NCBI GenBank assembly: GCA_046563655.1
Contig: JAJCTO010000009.1
Location: 992,001 to 1,056,000, forward strand
Origin: Yuukianura sp. NJ FZ-2021
Lineage: Eukaryota
Direction: 5' to 3'
Length of the DNA: 64,000 nucleotides
Shown: positions 12,657 to 24,842 of the stretch, piece after piece
Position numbering within the stretch: position 1 is the first letter of the stretch
Layout of the letters: the number at the start of each line of letters is the position of its first letter
The notes under the pieces: generated by a model
What the model was told of the DNA's origin: nothing
The model's database searches: none
The model's input: only the letters and a program-made list of their open reading frames with translations
Made by a program: the position numbers and the translations under genes

Positions 12657-14290
12657 GGTAAAAGGGAGCGGTTGCTTCTTCTGATTTCTAACAAAAGAAA
12701 ATCAAAGATGGTGTGAGATTGTCCAGTAACTTCTGTGCCACCAAAGAGAGTATGATTTATCGTGACTGTCTCCTTGGCCACGAGGGCGAGCTCATCAGCC
12801 AACTTCTTTGTGATGAACGACCGCTGGGACCCACTGTCGATGAGTAACCTCGCTTCTTTGCTTTTCTGTGTTGCCGGATTCACGACCTTGACCACCAACG
12901 TCTTGAGAGCGACATTGTCAGTGAAGTTGAGATTGCTTTGAACTGATGGTGTTGTTCCTTTTGCTTTTGACTGAGAAGTAGTTACTTCTTCTTGCTGCTT
13001 TGTTGCGTCGCCTGGGCAAATGACAGCGTAATGCCTCCTCCCGCACTTAGAACATGCAACTTTCGTACGGCATTTCCGAAATCCATGCCCGGTTTTGAGA
13101 CATCCAAAACACGCCCGCTTCTCTTCAACTATCTTCTTCCGGTCAGCTAAGGGCATGGCCTGTGCTTTTCTGCAGTCTCGACTTTCGTGTCCATTCCCAC
13201 AGAAAAGACAGACAGGACGTTGGTCGAGTTTGGAGCCAGTATGAAGTCCTGCTGCTGTAGGAACAGTATCTGCGTCTGGATTGGTACGACTGACGACTTG
13301 TTTCTTCTGCTCATGGGAATGGAGTCCAAATCCAGCCCGTGCTAGCTTCCTGGTTTCCTCATGGTCGATTTCCGCTCTCAGAAATGACATGAGGTAGTCT
13401 AGCTCGCTCGTCGGTGGATTTTCTTTTGAGCCATCCCTTCCGTAGTTAGAGCTTCGTTGCCATGCCCGTAGAATCTCTTCTGGGAGGCTCGACTCAACCA
13501 TGGGGTAGAGGAATTCTTCCATGTTTTCTTTGATGACGCCTAATGATTCTAACGAACGCAATGCTGCTTCCAATTTGTCATGTAGGAGTCCAACTGGCGT
13601 TTTTTCTTTTGCTCGTGTGTCAAGGATCATCTTGATGAGCTCTCGGACGTAAACTTGACGTAGCAAATTCGGTTTTCCAAATCTCTCCTTGAGTGCATCG
13701 ACTGCCTTTGAATAGTTTTCGGAGGACTGAGGAAAGCGCTTGACGACATCGTGAGCTCGTGATCCTTCCTTCATACTCTGAATGAGGTAAGTGAACTTCT
13801 CAGAGTCGTCTATTTCTTCGTTCCCGTCGATGATCTTGAACTGGGCCCACCACCCCAGCCAGTCCGTGAGTTCTCCCGAATACTGCTTGAGTGTGATTTT
13901 GGGAAGACGGAGATGGTGCTTTGAGCTTCCGCCCGTAACTGAAGGGGAGTTGACGTTGAGCTGAAGGGTGTTTTGTTGAGTGGTGTAGAGAATGTCACTA
14001 GCTGCCTTTCGATTCTTCCGAATTCTGGACGAATATTCTCGAATCCGCTTATTCTCTTCTTCACCCTTAGCTCTCGTGTAGTCATCTTCATCGATGAGAA
14101 GATCCATGTACTCGCTGTCGATTCTCTTCAGTTCCTCTGTCACTTCATCCAGTTCCTGAAGCAGGACTTCTAGATTTGCAAGACGTGGAGGGGCTCTTTT
14201 GACTTCATTTTCTATATCGGTACAGCATTGAGTAACAGAATCTCGAACAGCATCTCTCTTCCTGGCGATTCGCTCGATGGAGTTTACCAT
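12653..14290 (-). CDS. gag: BEL/Pao gag with zinc knuckles and aspartic protease
   Basis: LPKITL..YSG..TDW..WW.QF, KFTYL, three Cys/His knuckles (CLFC..GH...DC, CFGCLKTGH..RKC, CSKC.RRH...IC) and LIDSGSQRSF; frame break to pol near 12655. Confidence 0.93.
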   Translation of the reverse strand: MVNSIERIARKRDAVRDSVTQCCTDIENEVKRAPPRLANLEVLLQELDEVTEELKRIDSEYMDLLIDEDDYTRAKGEEENKRIREYSSRIRKNRKAASDILYTTQQNTLQLNVNSPSVTGGSSKHHLRLPKITLKQYSGELTDWLGWWAQFKIIDGNEEIDDSEKFTYLIQSMKEGSRAHDVVKRFPQSSENYSKAVDALKERFGKPNLLRQVYVRELIKMILDTRAKEKTPVGLLHDKLEAALRSLESLGVIKENMEEFLYPMVESSLPEEILRAWQRSSNYGRDGSKENPPTSELDYLMSFLRAEIDHEETRKLARAGFGLHSHEQKKQVVSRTNPDADTVPTAAGLHTGSKLDQRPVCLFCGNGHESRDCRKAQAMPLADRKKIVEEKRACFGCLKTGHGFRKCRTKVACSKCGRRHYAVICPGDATKQQEEVTTSQSKAKGTTPSVQSNLNFTDNVALKTLVVKVVNPATQKSKEARLLIDSGSQRSFITKKLADELALVAKETVTINHTLFGGTEVTGQSHTIFDFLLLEIRRSNRSLLP

Positions 14291-15123
14291 GATAAACAAA
14301 TGAGAGAGAACGACTTAAAATTGGTCTCAGCTGATATGTAAGGAACGTAGCTTACTTCAATTGTTCCCACTCCGGCAGGGATCAGCCTCGACGTATGCCT
14401 TCTTATAAAAAGGTTGATCAATTGTAGTCCTTTGGTAGTTGTCCACAGTCCCAGTACTGTGAAATGTCCCTGCAGTAGGTTGACTCACAAACAAAAGGTC
14501 TGTTAGTAACTCGGACAGTCTAAAAATAACTGGAACGGTAGTCACCTTATCAATTCCCACTCCGGCAGGGATCAGCCACAACGTAAACTTTGTAAAAAAG
14601 TCGGTTGAATGCTGGACTGTCTTCTTAGTTTGGTATGTAACGACTTCCTTCTAATTCGTCTCGTAGTTGCATCAAAACAGAACGGAAATTAGAAGATAAT
14701 CAGATGTAAATTGAATCAGAACGACTCCTAACCTTGTACAATCCCACTCCGGCAGGGATCAGCCTCGATGTGAGCTTTGTAACGACGAGGTGATGTATCT
14801 GCTTCTATGACGGAGATAGGTTTTCCAATTGTCCTTGACCTCTGTTTCGTCTTCTGCTTCTGCTCGACTGCTTCCCGGGACGGCTACTCACTGGAGCACG
14901 GATGCTTTTCTCTTGTCAACCAGTAGCAACTTCGTCCAATTCAGCCAAACAAAAGAACAGAACCTGCTCTTAGTAATGATCAATGAATGATTAAGAATTG
15001 GAGTGTATCACCCAGGTCAGTCCCGTTCCGGTAGGGACACACCACGATGTGAACAGGTGTTTATCTTCACGAAGATCCAAAAGTCAATGCGAGGTCACGA
15101 AATTTCCAAACGCTAACCGGCCA

Positions 15124-15132
15124 GGGTCACCA
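15124..15132 (-). promoter_or_regulatory. Primer-binding site (resembles complement of tRNA-Trp 3' end)
   Basis: TGGTGACCC starts 3 nt after the 5' LTR end. Confidence 0.6.
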
Positions 15133-15135
15133 ATT

Positions 15136-15476
15136 TGTTGGATATCGACTCAGATTCCAACAGAAGCGCCAGCAACTACCCGTCGACAGGTCACTTCCTT
15201 AGTTCTTCGGATGAACGTTTGAACATGCAAATAACTGGATGACTGACACTCGACAATAACCAATGAACACTTATTGTTTAATTCCCGTCAATGAAAGGTA
15301 CAGTAAAAGTGATAAGACTGACTGGGCATGAAGATCCTACCTCGTCAACGGTCAAAACGGAACTTGTTTTCTTATAAGTAAAAATGATAAAAAAAGTATA
15401 GGTAGATGGGAGGGGTTGGACTAAAACCCTGAAGCAAGAAACGAAATAGCCTTACAACCTAACATTATATTCAACA
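15136..15476 (-). repeat. BEL 5' LTR (341 bp)
   Basis: TGTTGAAT...TCCAACA on the minus strand; matches 45101-45441; preceded by TSD CTTGG (15477-15481). Confidence 0.95.
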
Positions 15477-18022
15477 CCAAGATAAAATCTGAGGCAGAGC
15501 GGTTCATTCAGACTTTTAAGTACGCTCTAACCAGATTTAATTGCGATTTATCCACACCAATTAAACTTGGGTTCCTGTAGTACTTTTCAGGAGGTTTTCC
15601 GAAAAGTAAGTCATTTTCACCAGGCATCGCTCCGCGTGGAGTTTTTTTGAATGATTTGTTTTGAAACAAATTTTCATAAAAAAAAGTCACGAGATGAGGG
15701 ACGACACAGCAAGTGAAAGTGGGTTCCTGTAGCCCTTTTTATGAGGATTTCAAAAATATAGTTGACTTTTACCCAGCATCGTTCTGGAATGCATTTCTTT
15801 TGAATTCTTTGTTTTGAAACATGAATTTTCATAAATAAAGGTAACAAGATGAGGGACGACACAGCAAGTGAAAGTGGGTTCCTGTAGCACTTTTTATGAG
15901 GATTTCAAAAATGTAATTTACTTTCTGTTCATTCTCACATTTGCATGTTCATTCTCACAAATTTAAGTCGTTTTGCGTCAAAATGGTGCTCGACATTGCC
16001 CTGGGTGCCGTATTCCAACCCAAGATAAAATCTGAGGCAGAGCGGTTCATTCAGACTTTTAAGTACGCTCTAACCAGATTTAATTGCGATCTATCCACGC
16101 CAATTAAACTTGGGTTCCTGTAGTACTTTTCAGGAGGATTTCAGAAAAGTTATGAAATTTATTTATATTTATTTATTTATGAAATTATTTATGAAAATTC
16201 ATGTTTCAGAACAACGAATTCAAAAGAAATGCATTCCGGAACGATGCTGGGTAAAAGTCAACTATATTTTTGAAATCCTCATAAAAAGGGCTACAGGAAC
16301 CCACTTTCACTTGCTGTGTCGTCCCTCATCTCGTGACTTTTTTTTATGAAAATTTGTTTCAAAACAAATCATTCGAAAAACCTCCACGCGGAGCGATGCC
16401 GGGTGAAAAGGAGTTACTTTTCTGAAATCCTTCTGAAAAGTACTACAGGAACCTAAGTTTAATTGGCGTGGATAGATCGCAATTAAATCTGGTTAGAGCG
16501 TACTTAAAAGTCTGAATGAACCGCTCTGCCTCAGATTTTATCTTGGGTTGGAATACGGCACCCAGGGCAATGTCGAGCACCATTTTGACGCAAAACGACT
16601 TAAATTTGTGAGAATGAACATGCAAATGTGAGAATGAACAGAAAGTAAATTACATTTTTGAAATCCTCATAAAAAGTGCTACAGGAACCCACTTTCACTT
16701 GCTGTGTCGTCCATCATCTTGTTACCTTTATTTATGAAAATTCATGTTTCAAAACAAAGAATTCAAAAGAAATGCATTCCAGAACGATGCTGGGTAAAAG
16801 TCAACAATATTTTTGAAATCCTCATAAAAAGGGCTACAGGAACCCACTTTCACTTGCTGTGTTCTCCCTCATCTTGTGACTTTTTTTTTATGAAAATTTG
16901 TTTCAAAACAAATCATTCAAAAAACCTCCACGCGGAGCGATGCCGGGTGAAAAGGAGTTACTTTTCTGAAATCCTCCTGAAAAGTACTACAGGAACCCAA
17001 ATTTAATTGGCGTGGATAGATCGCAATTAAATCTGGTTAGAGCGTACTTAAAAGTCGGAATGAACCGCTCTGCCGCGGATTTTATTTTGGTTTGGAATAC
17101 GGCACCCAGGGCAATGTCGAGCACCATTTTGACGCAAAACGACTTAAATTTGTGAGAATGAACATGCAAATGTGAGAATGAACAGAAAGTAAATTACATT
17201 TTTGAAATCCTCATAAAAAGTGCTACAGGAACCCACTTTCACTTGCTGTGTCGTTCCTCATCTTGTTACCTTTATTTATGAAAATTCATGTTTCAGAACA
17301 ACGAATTCAAAAGAAGTGCATTCCGGAACGATGCTGGGTAAGAGTCAACTATATTTTTGAAATCCTCATAAAAAGGGCTACAGGAACCCACTTTCACTTG
17401 CTGTGTCGTCCCTCATCTCGTGACTTTTTTTTATGAAAATTTGTTTCAAAACAAATCATTCAAAAAACCTCCACGCGGAGCGATGCCGGGTGAAAAGGAG
17501 TTACTTTTCTGAAATACTTCTGAAAAGTACTACAGGAACCTAAGTTTAATTGGCGTGGATAGATCGCAATTAAATCTGGTTAGAGCGTACTTAAAAGTCT
17601 GAATGAACCGCTCTGTCTCGAATATTATCTTGGGTTGGAATACGGCACCCAGGGCAATGTCGAGCACCATTTTGACGCAAAACGACTTAAATTTGTGAGA
17701 ATGAACATGCAAATGTGAGAACGAACAGAAAGTAAATTACATTTTTGAAATCCTTATAAAAAGAGCTACAGGAACCCACTTTCACTTGCTGTGTCGTCCC
17801 TCATCTCGTGACTTTTTTTATGAAAATTTGTTTCAAAACAAATCATTCAAAAAACCTCCACGCGGAGCGATGCCGGGTGAAAAGGAGTTACTTTTCTGAA
17901 ATCCTTCTGAAAAGTACTACAAAGAATTCAAAAGAAGTGCATTCCGGAACGATGCTGGGTAAGAGTCAACTATATTTTTGAAATCCTCATAAAAAGGGCT
18001 ACAGGAACCCACTTTCACTTGC
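15477..18022. repeat. Satellite block with an orientation switch at ~16150-16190
   Basis: Same 155/388-bp units as 45442-64000; reverse orientation to ~16150, forward from ~16186. Confidence 0.95.
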
Positions 18023-18759
18023 TGGGACTTTCCATCTCAGTTTTGGTAGCTGAAACATGCTTTTTTGGAGGGTGTGGCTTTTGAAAAAATCATGCATTCA
18101 CCACTCCTCATTCATCTGTTTCAGAAGTATTAGACTGGAGATGTTGAGTTTCTGAGTCAAGTGCATCCCCCACACCCCGCTCCCCACCACGTTGTTTTAC
18201 CACACAAAAAATGTCAATAAATCTGGCCTTGCAAAATGTGGTCTGACAAAAAAATGAAAAACATTGAATTCTCTTTCCAGCGAGGTTTTCATATGTGAAA
18301 GCAGAAAATCTAAGTTAACATGAGAAAATGAAATGAGAATTTTTTTAAACAGTTTTTTTGAAAATATATGTTTTTTGAATTTGTTCAAAAACTGAGACAA
18401 AAAAATTCATATTTATACTAATTCATTGTATTCATACTAACAAGATGAGAAGTGTTTGGTTCTTAGTTTCTTTTGTTTGTTTTGACAAGAGAAGAAGCGA
18501 GAGAATCTCTCTCCCATTAAATTTATGTCTCTCTTCACATTTGAAAAAGACAAAAGTAATAAATTTTGTGTCTTGACATGACATGTCAATGCTGACACTT
18601 TGTGATCTTTGTAAACCCAATGGATGGTACTTTGTAAAAATTTGTTTTGTTGTGATTGTTCTGTCTCTGCGTACAAAGCTGAGTTTTAAATCAAAAATAG
18701 TAACAGAAGTTTCAACTTTGAGCGAAAATTCAGTTAAGTTTTGAAAAAAGTCTGAAAAA

Positions 18760-19097
18760 ATGGAGAACTCAAAATTCAACAAAAATCAACTCGAATCCGA
18801 AACGATTCCGGATTCGCATTTGTCTAAACTTGAACATTGTCACAACTTTGACAGTGCTAAATTCGACAAAAGATTTCGAGATTCAAGTTTAATACAAAAA
18901 TTTTTGAAATTCGACGCTCTGGTATTTTGCAAAGAGGGTGAATGTGCAGATCAAGACGTAGGTCAAGATCTTAGTTCGGCAAGTTCCTTGGACGAGGACG
19001 ACGACGGTGGCCTCACACTTTATTAATGGGAGCAGCATATTAAGCCCAGAGTGTACGTCGATAGGGAAACTTCAGATATGCGGAAAAAGTTAGCAAC
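18760..19097 (+). pseudogene. TIR-proximal accessory gene exon 1 (arm B, premature stop)
   Basis: Copy of 8466-8795 with TAT changed to TAA at 19024-19026 and a 9-bp insertion; GTAAGA donor at the end. Confidence 0.5.
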
Positions 19098-19632
19098 GTA
19101 AGAATGATTTGCTGGTGTTTAACAGAAAAACATGTTAGGTCACTCATATATTTTTTTTGTTTTGTAGACCATGTGAGTTCAGTAGTAAGGTCGCTGGGAT
19201 GATGCGTGTGGGGTGGGTACATGGACAACGCCTTGGAAAGAACGAAACTGGACCTCTTGAACCAGTAAGTTTTTAGAAAAAAAAACGCTTTTTTGTTTTT
19301 TAGGTGCTATTTACTTTTATGAAATTTAGGTAAGCACTGCAGGTCGTGAAAAGTGGAAACAGCATGTAGATGGGCGTGGTCTTGGAGCGGAAGAAAAGTA
19401 TTTGCTTCCAATTTAATTTTTTTGTTAGTTTTAATAAATGCTTAGATCTTCAAAATATTCTCAGAGTTCAATCATGGTGAATCATGTCCAAAAGCGGCAC
19501 TAGTTTTTTTGTAATTGTATTTGTGTACCAATTTTTTTTGGAGTAGGTGAAAATGTGAAGGGTAGGCCGTGGAGCTTTGTTCTTGCTAAGATTGGAAAGG
19601 ATTTGATCTTCAAAATCTGTCATTAATTAAAT

Positions 19633-19707
19633 AAGTAACTCAATTGCTCAGTGGCGAGGATGATGTTCATTGAGCATTTGAGTTACTTTTTGCCAGGGTT
19701 CGAATCC
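19633..19707 (+). ncRNA. Putative Pol III-transcribed hairpin (pre-miRNA/VA-RNA-like)
   Basis: ~22-bp stem AAGTAACTCAAtTGCTCAGTGG / TCATTGAGCAtTTGAGTTACTT, A-box-like TTGCTCAGTGG, TTTTT at 19687-19691, B box GGTTCGAATCC at 19697-19707. Confidence 0.5.
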
Positions 19708-20417
19708 TACCCTGTGCATGAAATATTAAATTTTTATACTATCATATTTTGTTATAAATTAGGAAAAAATATGATATGATGTGGAAAGTTTTAAATTTGT
19801 AGGGAAAAAATGTTGAGACTCCTAGAATCAGGTAAGAACATTGATAGTTTTCCCCTTAAACCATTCCTTTGTAAGCAGCAAAGATACATGAACACCGCTT
19901 TTGAAAGAATTGAGGTTTTTAGAAAAAGTCCGTGCTGAGGTGGATCTGGAGTTTTGTATAAATTGGTTGAAAATTTAGAATGTTTGCTCAGAAATTTGAC
20001 AGTCCTGATATTAGATTGAGGTAAAAAAAGTCTAAAGTCATGGCAGGTGATTACTTTTGTTCATTCTGTTCAGAATATTTTGATACACTTCAGTTGTTTG
20101 AAGTACACTGCCGTAGAAGTCACAATAGCAATTACACACAAGCAAGTAAGAGTTGAGTATGTGAAATGTTTTTTTTTTGTTTTTTATTGTTTTAAGTTTG
20201 TGTTCTTTGTTTTAAATTTGAGTTGAACAACCTGGATCAAGCAGATCCATGAGAGGAGGAGCCGCTCATAATCCAAATTTTGAGAGAGACGTAGAAAGCA
20301 GTCAACTGAACGAAGCAGTAACAGATGTTGCTAATATAAGCAATAACGGTACACTTAGTAGATTTTTATGAAGCTAAAATAGGACTTATGAAATTATTTG
20401 TTTTCTAAGAATTGCTT

Positions 20418-23400
20418 ATGGAACTTTCTGAACATGACCTGGATATTATAGAACAAGTGCTGCTGGAAGATGACTTTAGCATTGGTAAATGAATGAAAGC
20501 TAAGTTGCCCAGAAACAGTTGAAAGTATTTTTCTTTTTCAGAACTTTCTCCGCCTCATGAGTGGGGGGAAAACACAAACTTTAAGAATCGATTCTGTCCA
20601 CTTTGTGTTGTTCGATTCAAGGATCCGGGTGACTTGGATTTACATCGTTTCGTTTATCATCCAGAACTATTTGATGGAAATGAAATACCAATTCAAGTAG
20701 GTGGACGATTAACTTCTGTTCAATTTGAACTCCAGCGCGGACGAAGAGGACGTGAAGGGATTGTAAGAGAATATGTTTTTGGTGACGTTGAAGTGTTTAC
20801 CTGTCACGAAGTGATTCTATTAGAACTTTCGAGAAGCATCTTTTCTGAAATTGGGGCCTACAGAATTGTGGGTACTATTTTTGCTGAAATGACAAGATTA
20901 ACAAGAGATGTTGCTGGTGTTTGTGAAAGTGAAGTTTTCCCGTTTCACTCATTTATGCATAGTGTTTTAGATCCTAGTATGGTGTCAACAGTTATTATTC
21001 AATTACAGCGTAAAATGTCGCTATCTTTGGAAACATTTTTATACAATGGTTCTGGATGGAAAGTGAAACTGTTCAAAAAGTTTCAATTACGAATTTTGAA
21101 GTTCCAAATGGATCGAGTTTCAAGTTTTATTCCTACACCAAAGTCAATTCAAAAGAAAAATTGTATTGTGAATATCAAAAACATGGATCAGTATTGTTTC
21201 AAGTATTGTATTTTAGCAGCTCTGATACCTCTTTATCAGAACCCAAAAATTAGTTGTAGACAGTTCACAGACCCTAGAGTATATCTGAAATACAAGTGCA
21301 GTGTTGATTTTGACTGTGTAAATTTTCCAATGACAGTTTGCCAGTTGGATAAATTTTTGCATTTTAATCCGACCATATCAGTAAATGTGTACGGTTATGA
21401 GGAATTAGATGAACTGGACTCTACCATTTCAAAAAAGAAGATCACCGTTTTCCCATTGTATGTATGTAAAGAGCGAAGAAAGTTTAACATTGACTTGCTG
21501 TTGTTGTTGGAAGGTTTGAAGTCTCACTTTACATTGTTAAAGAAGAGTGAAAATAATCCTTCAGATGGTCTGTCTCGACTTTTGGGAAAAGGTGAACGGA
21601 ATTATGCAAAATACATTTGCAGATTTTGCCTGCTATATTGGAGGACAAAGAAAAAGCTTGAAAATCATGAGAAATTTTGTGCTGCTTTAGAACTACAAAG
21701 AGTGACGTTACCATTTGAAAAGTTTTACAATTTCACGAGAATTAAGAGAACACTGCCTGTTCCAGTGGTTGGTTATTTGGACTTTGAAGCAGTTTTATTT
21801 CCAAAAGCAGCAAGTGCACTTACGTCGAAAGTTGGTGATGTGTACAATGAACATATAGCTTGTGGTTGGGCACTTATTATGGTTGGACCTCTTGGTGAAC
21901 CATTGGAAAAAATTAAAATATTTCAAGGTCAAGACGCGCAGCATACAGCTCTTGATGAGTTAATTAAAATTTCTTCAAAATATTTTCCATTGTTAAAAGT
22001 TGATGTTGGAAGAGACATGCGTTGGACTACTAGAGACTTTTATAATCTTCTGCATGCATCCACACACTGTATACATTGCGGTTTGGAGGTTCCTAATCAA
22101 GAAAAGGTTGTTGACCACTGCCACTACACTGGAGAAATTCGTGGAATGAGCTGCAGCGGATGTAACTTAAAATCTGAGACAGTGAATTTCATTCCAATCA
22201 TATGCCATGGTTTTCGTCACTATGATTCAAAATTTATTGTACAAGCTCTGAACAGTGCAAAATTGAAAAAAGTGGACGTGTTACCTCACTCGACTGAAAA
22301 GTTTACTTCGATGCAATTGACAACTTTGGAAGGAAATGTGCTTAAGTTTATGGATTCTTTTCAGTTTATAAGTTCGAGTTTAGCTGATAAAGTGAATGTT
22401 TTGGCGAAGGATAACTTTGATAAGTTTCCCATAACAAAAGTTGTATTTGATAAAAATTATCAAAACATTAATTTGTTGTTCCGCAAAGGAGTGTACCCCT
22501 ATACCTATTTTGATAATTTTGAAAAATTTGAAGAGACAAGTTTACCACCAAAAAGTGTTTGGGTTAGTGACTTAACAGGAAAAGGAATTTGTGATGAAGA
22601 ATATGAACATGCTCAGCGTGTTTGGAAGGAGTTTGGTTGTAAAACTTTGAGAGATTATCATAACTTATATGTATCTCTAGATGTCACACTGCTTGCTGAC
22701 TGTTTTCAAAACTTTAGACAGAGATTTTTAGCTGATTTCCGTTTAGATCCTGCTCACTATTATACGTTGCCGGGTATAGCATATGACGCAGCTATACTTT
22801 GTGGTAGTGTTGATCTTGAATGTTTGAGGGAACTGGATCAATATTTATTTATTGAAAAAGGAATTAGGTCATTACGATATGCTAAAGCGAACAACAAGTA
22901 CTTAGCGTCAGCTTATGATTCCACACAACCAACAAGTTATTTGTGTCTGTTTGATGCGAACGTCTTGTACGCCCACCAACTCCGAAATTTTGTACCCTGG
23001 AAACATTTTCGGTGGGATTTATGCTTATGGCAAAGGACACTGAAGATGGATGATGTTGTGAAGATGATTTTGGGAATGGGTGATGAGGCAGAAGAAGGTT
23101 TAATTTTGGAAGTAGATTTGACTTATCCAAAGGAGTTACATGACATAATGACTATACACTAGCAGTAGAAAGGCGTTGAATTCAATTTTCAGATTTATCA
23201 TCCTATACTCATCATGTTATGAACAACGTTGGAACAAAATCCGCAACTCAAAAAAAGACAAAATTGGTGGGAAGTTTAGAAGATAAAAAGAATTATGTTA
23301 TACACTACAGATTACTAAAACTTTTTTTGAAACTGGGTTTGAAGTTAACAAAAGTACACTGTGCTCTAAGGTTCAGACAAGCGCCATTGTTTCGTGTATA

Positions 23401-24771
23401 CTGTGAGTTATGTATAAAACGACGTCAAGAGTCAACTAATGAAGTTGATAGGAAAGCCTATAAAGCTTTGGGAAATATTTTAGTTGGAAAAACTTTTCAA
23501 AATGTTAGAAAATATAAGCGAATAAATGTTGGTTTGTGTCCAAGGCCCGTAGGCCGTGGGGACTAGAGCTCCGGCTCTATCCTACTAACACCTTGGACGG
23601 GCGCGGGTTCGCGTCCCGGCGTCGCCGACACGAAAGTCATTTTCCAGAAATTGTTTTCCCACTTTCCTAGCCCAGATGGGGTGTTCGGATGATAGGTCAG
23701 TTTGGGGGGTTTTGGGTGCGTGTGAAGAGGTCAGTAGTTGCAGTTGTGGAGGGGGGTCGTGGGCCGGTATGCGTACGATGCTGTTCCTGTCACTTGCCTG
23801 GAGCTGTGATATGTGGTAGGGCCCTAGCCCGTTCAGCTCTAGCAGAAAGCCTTTCGTCCTTCCCTCAGAACTTCTCGCCAACTATCAGACTGTACCACCG
23901 CCCCACCTCATAGGACCTCAACCCAACCCAGAAATTCCCTACCCCTGTTGATAAAGCTAAATGCTAATGTCAATTAACTCTCAAAAAAAAAAATGTTGGT
24001 TTGTCAAATCAAAAGATTTTAGAGTATGGTAAGAAGCCTACCGTAGAGGATATTAGAATGATACACGATGACTGTGTTTTGTTTGTAATGAAGAAATTGT
24101 CAGTGTGTTTAAATAAGCCAATATTTGTAGGACTTACTATATTAGATGATAGTAAAAAACAAATGTATGAAGTGTACTATAACAAATTGAAACCACGTTA
24201 TGGTAGTAATATGCGTCTGATATTTACAGATACTGATAGTTTTATGTTACATATTAAAACGGAAGATATTTATGCTGATATTTATAATAGTGTAAAGAAA
24301 GACGAAGGCTTGTTTGATACATCAAATTTTAAAAAATCTGATAGGCTTCTAGGGCACTTATACAGTGACAAGCATGCTGGAGAAGGGGGTTATTTTAAGG
24401 ATGAAAGTCCAGATTGCATAATTTCTGAAGTTGTAGCTCTAAAACCAAAACTATATGCTTTGAAGGTGGTGACACGTGATGGAGAGGAGAAAGAAATTAA
24501 AAAAGCTAAAGGTACAGTTACGGCAGTACTGGAATCTCAGTTGAATTTCAATGATTATAAAGATGTATTAGAAGAAGGTAGCTGTAGATTTGTGTCAATG
24601 AATACAATTCGTAGCTTAAATCACAGACTGTACACAACAACAATGAAAAAGCAGAGTTTGTCTGCTGTAGAAGACAAAGCGTTTTATTTAACACCAATTG
24701 AATCTCTTAGATTTGGACATTATAAAATTAAAGAGTATCAAGGTGAACAAGAAGAAGAAAGAGTTGAATAA
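20418..24771 (+). pseudogene. polB: pPolB (arm B) with spliced N-terminus and C2H2 finger; deletions, frameshift, stop and SINE insertion
   Basis: Same motifs as arm A. Intron 20485-20541 joins the ATG at 20418 in frame. Lesions near 20777, 22868, 23145 and 23178. Removing the SINE restores KRINVGL-SNQKILEY. Confidence 0.93.
23538..23990 (+). mobile_element. tRNA-derived SINE in pPolB (arm B)
   Basis: TSD AAATGTTGGTTTGT (23524-23537 and 23991-24004), poly(A) tail, head with B-box-like GGGTTCGCGTCCC. Confidence 0.88.
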
Positions 24772-24842
24772 AATGGAAAAGGATTAATAAATCAAAGTTT
24801 TGTATATGTTTCACTTCATTTACTCCCAGAACCTCAGAAAGA

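Larger units (their letters stand above)
9570..15476 (-). mobile_element. BEL/Pao LTR retrotransposon, 5' half
   Basis: LTR, PBS, gag-protease and RT-RNaseH-integrase, cut at TACGTG by the Polinton. Confidence 0.96.

Noticed and set aside
9589..14173. Antisense and alternative-frame ORFs over BEL gag-pol (and over pPolB, MCP, F-box)
   Set aside because: Shadow ORFs of real coding frames with no recognisable motifs.
19633..19712. tRNA gene
   Set aside because: Has A/B boxes but no cloverleaf, and a T5 terminator precedes the B box; treated as a hairpin RNA candidate instead.
23538..23640. HDV-like ribozyme at the SINE 5' end
   Set aside because: A P1-like stem is present, but I could not build P2/P3/L3 or the catalytic-C strand; a tRNA-derived head explains it better.
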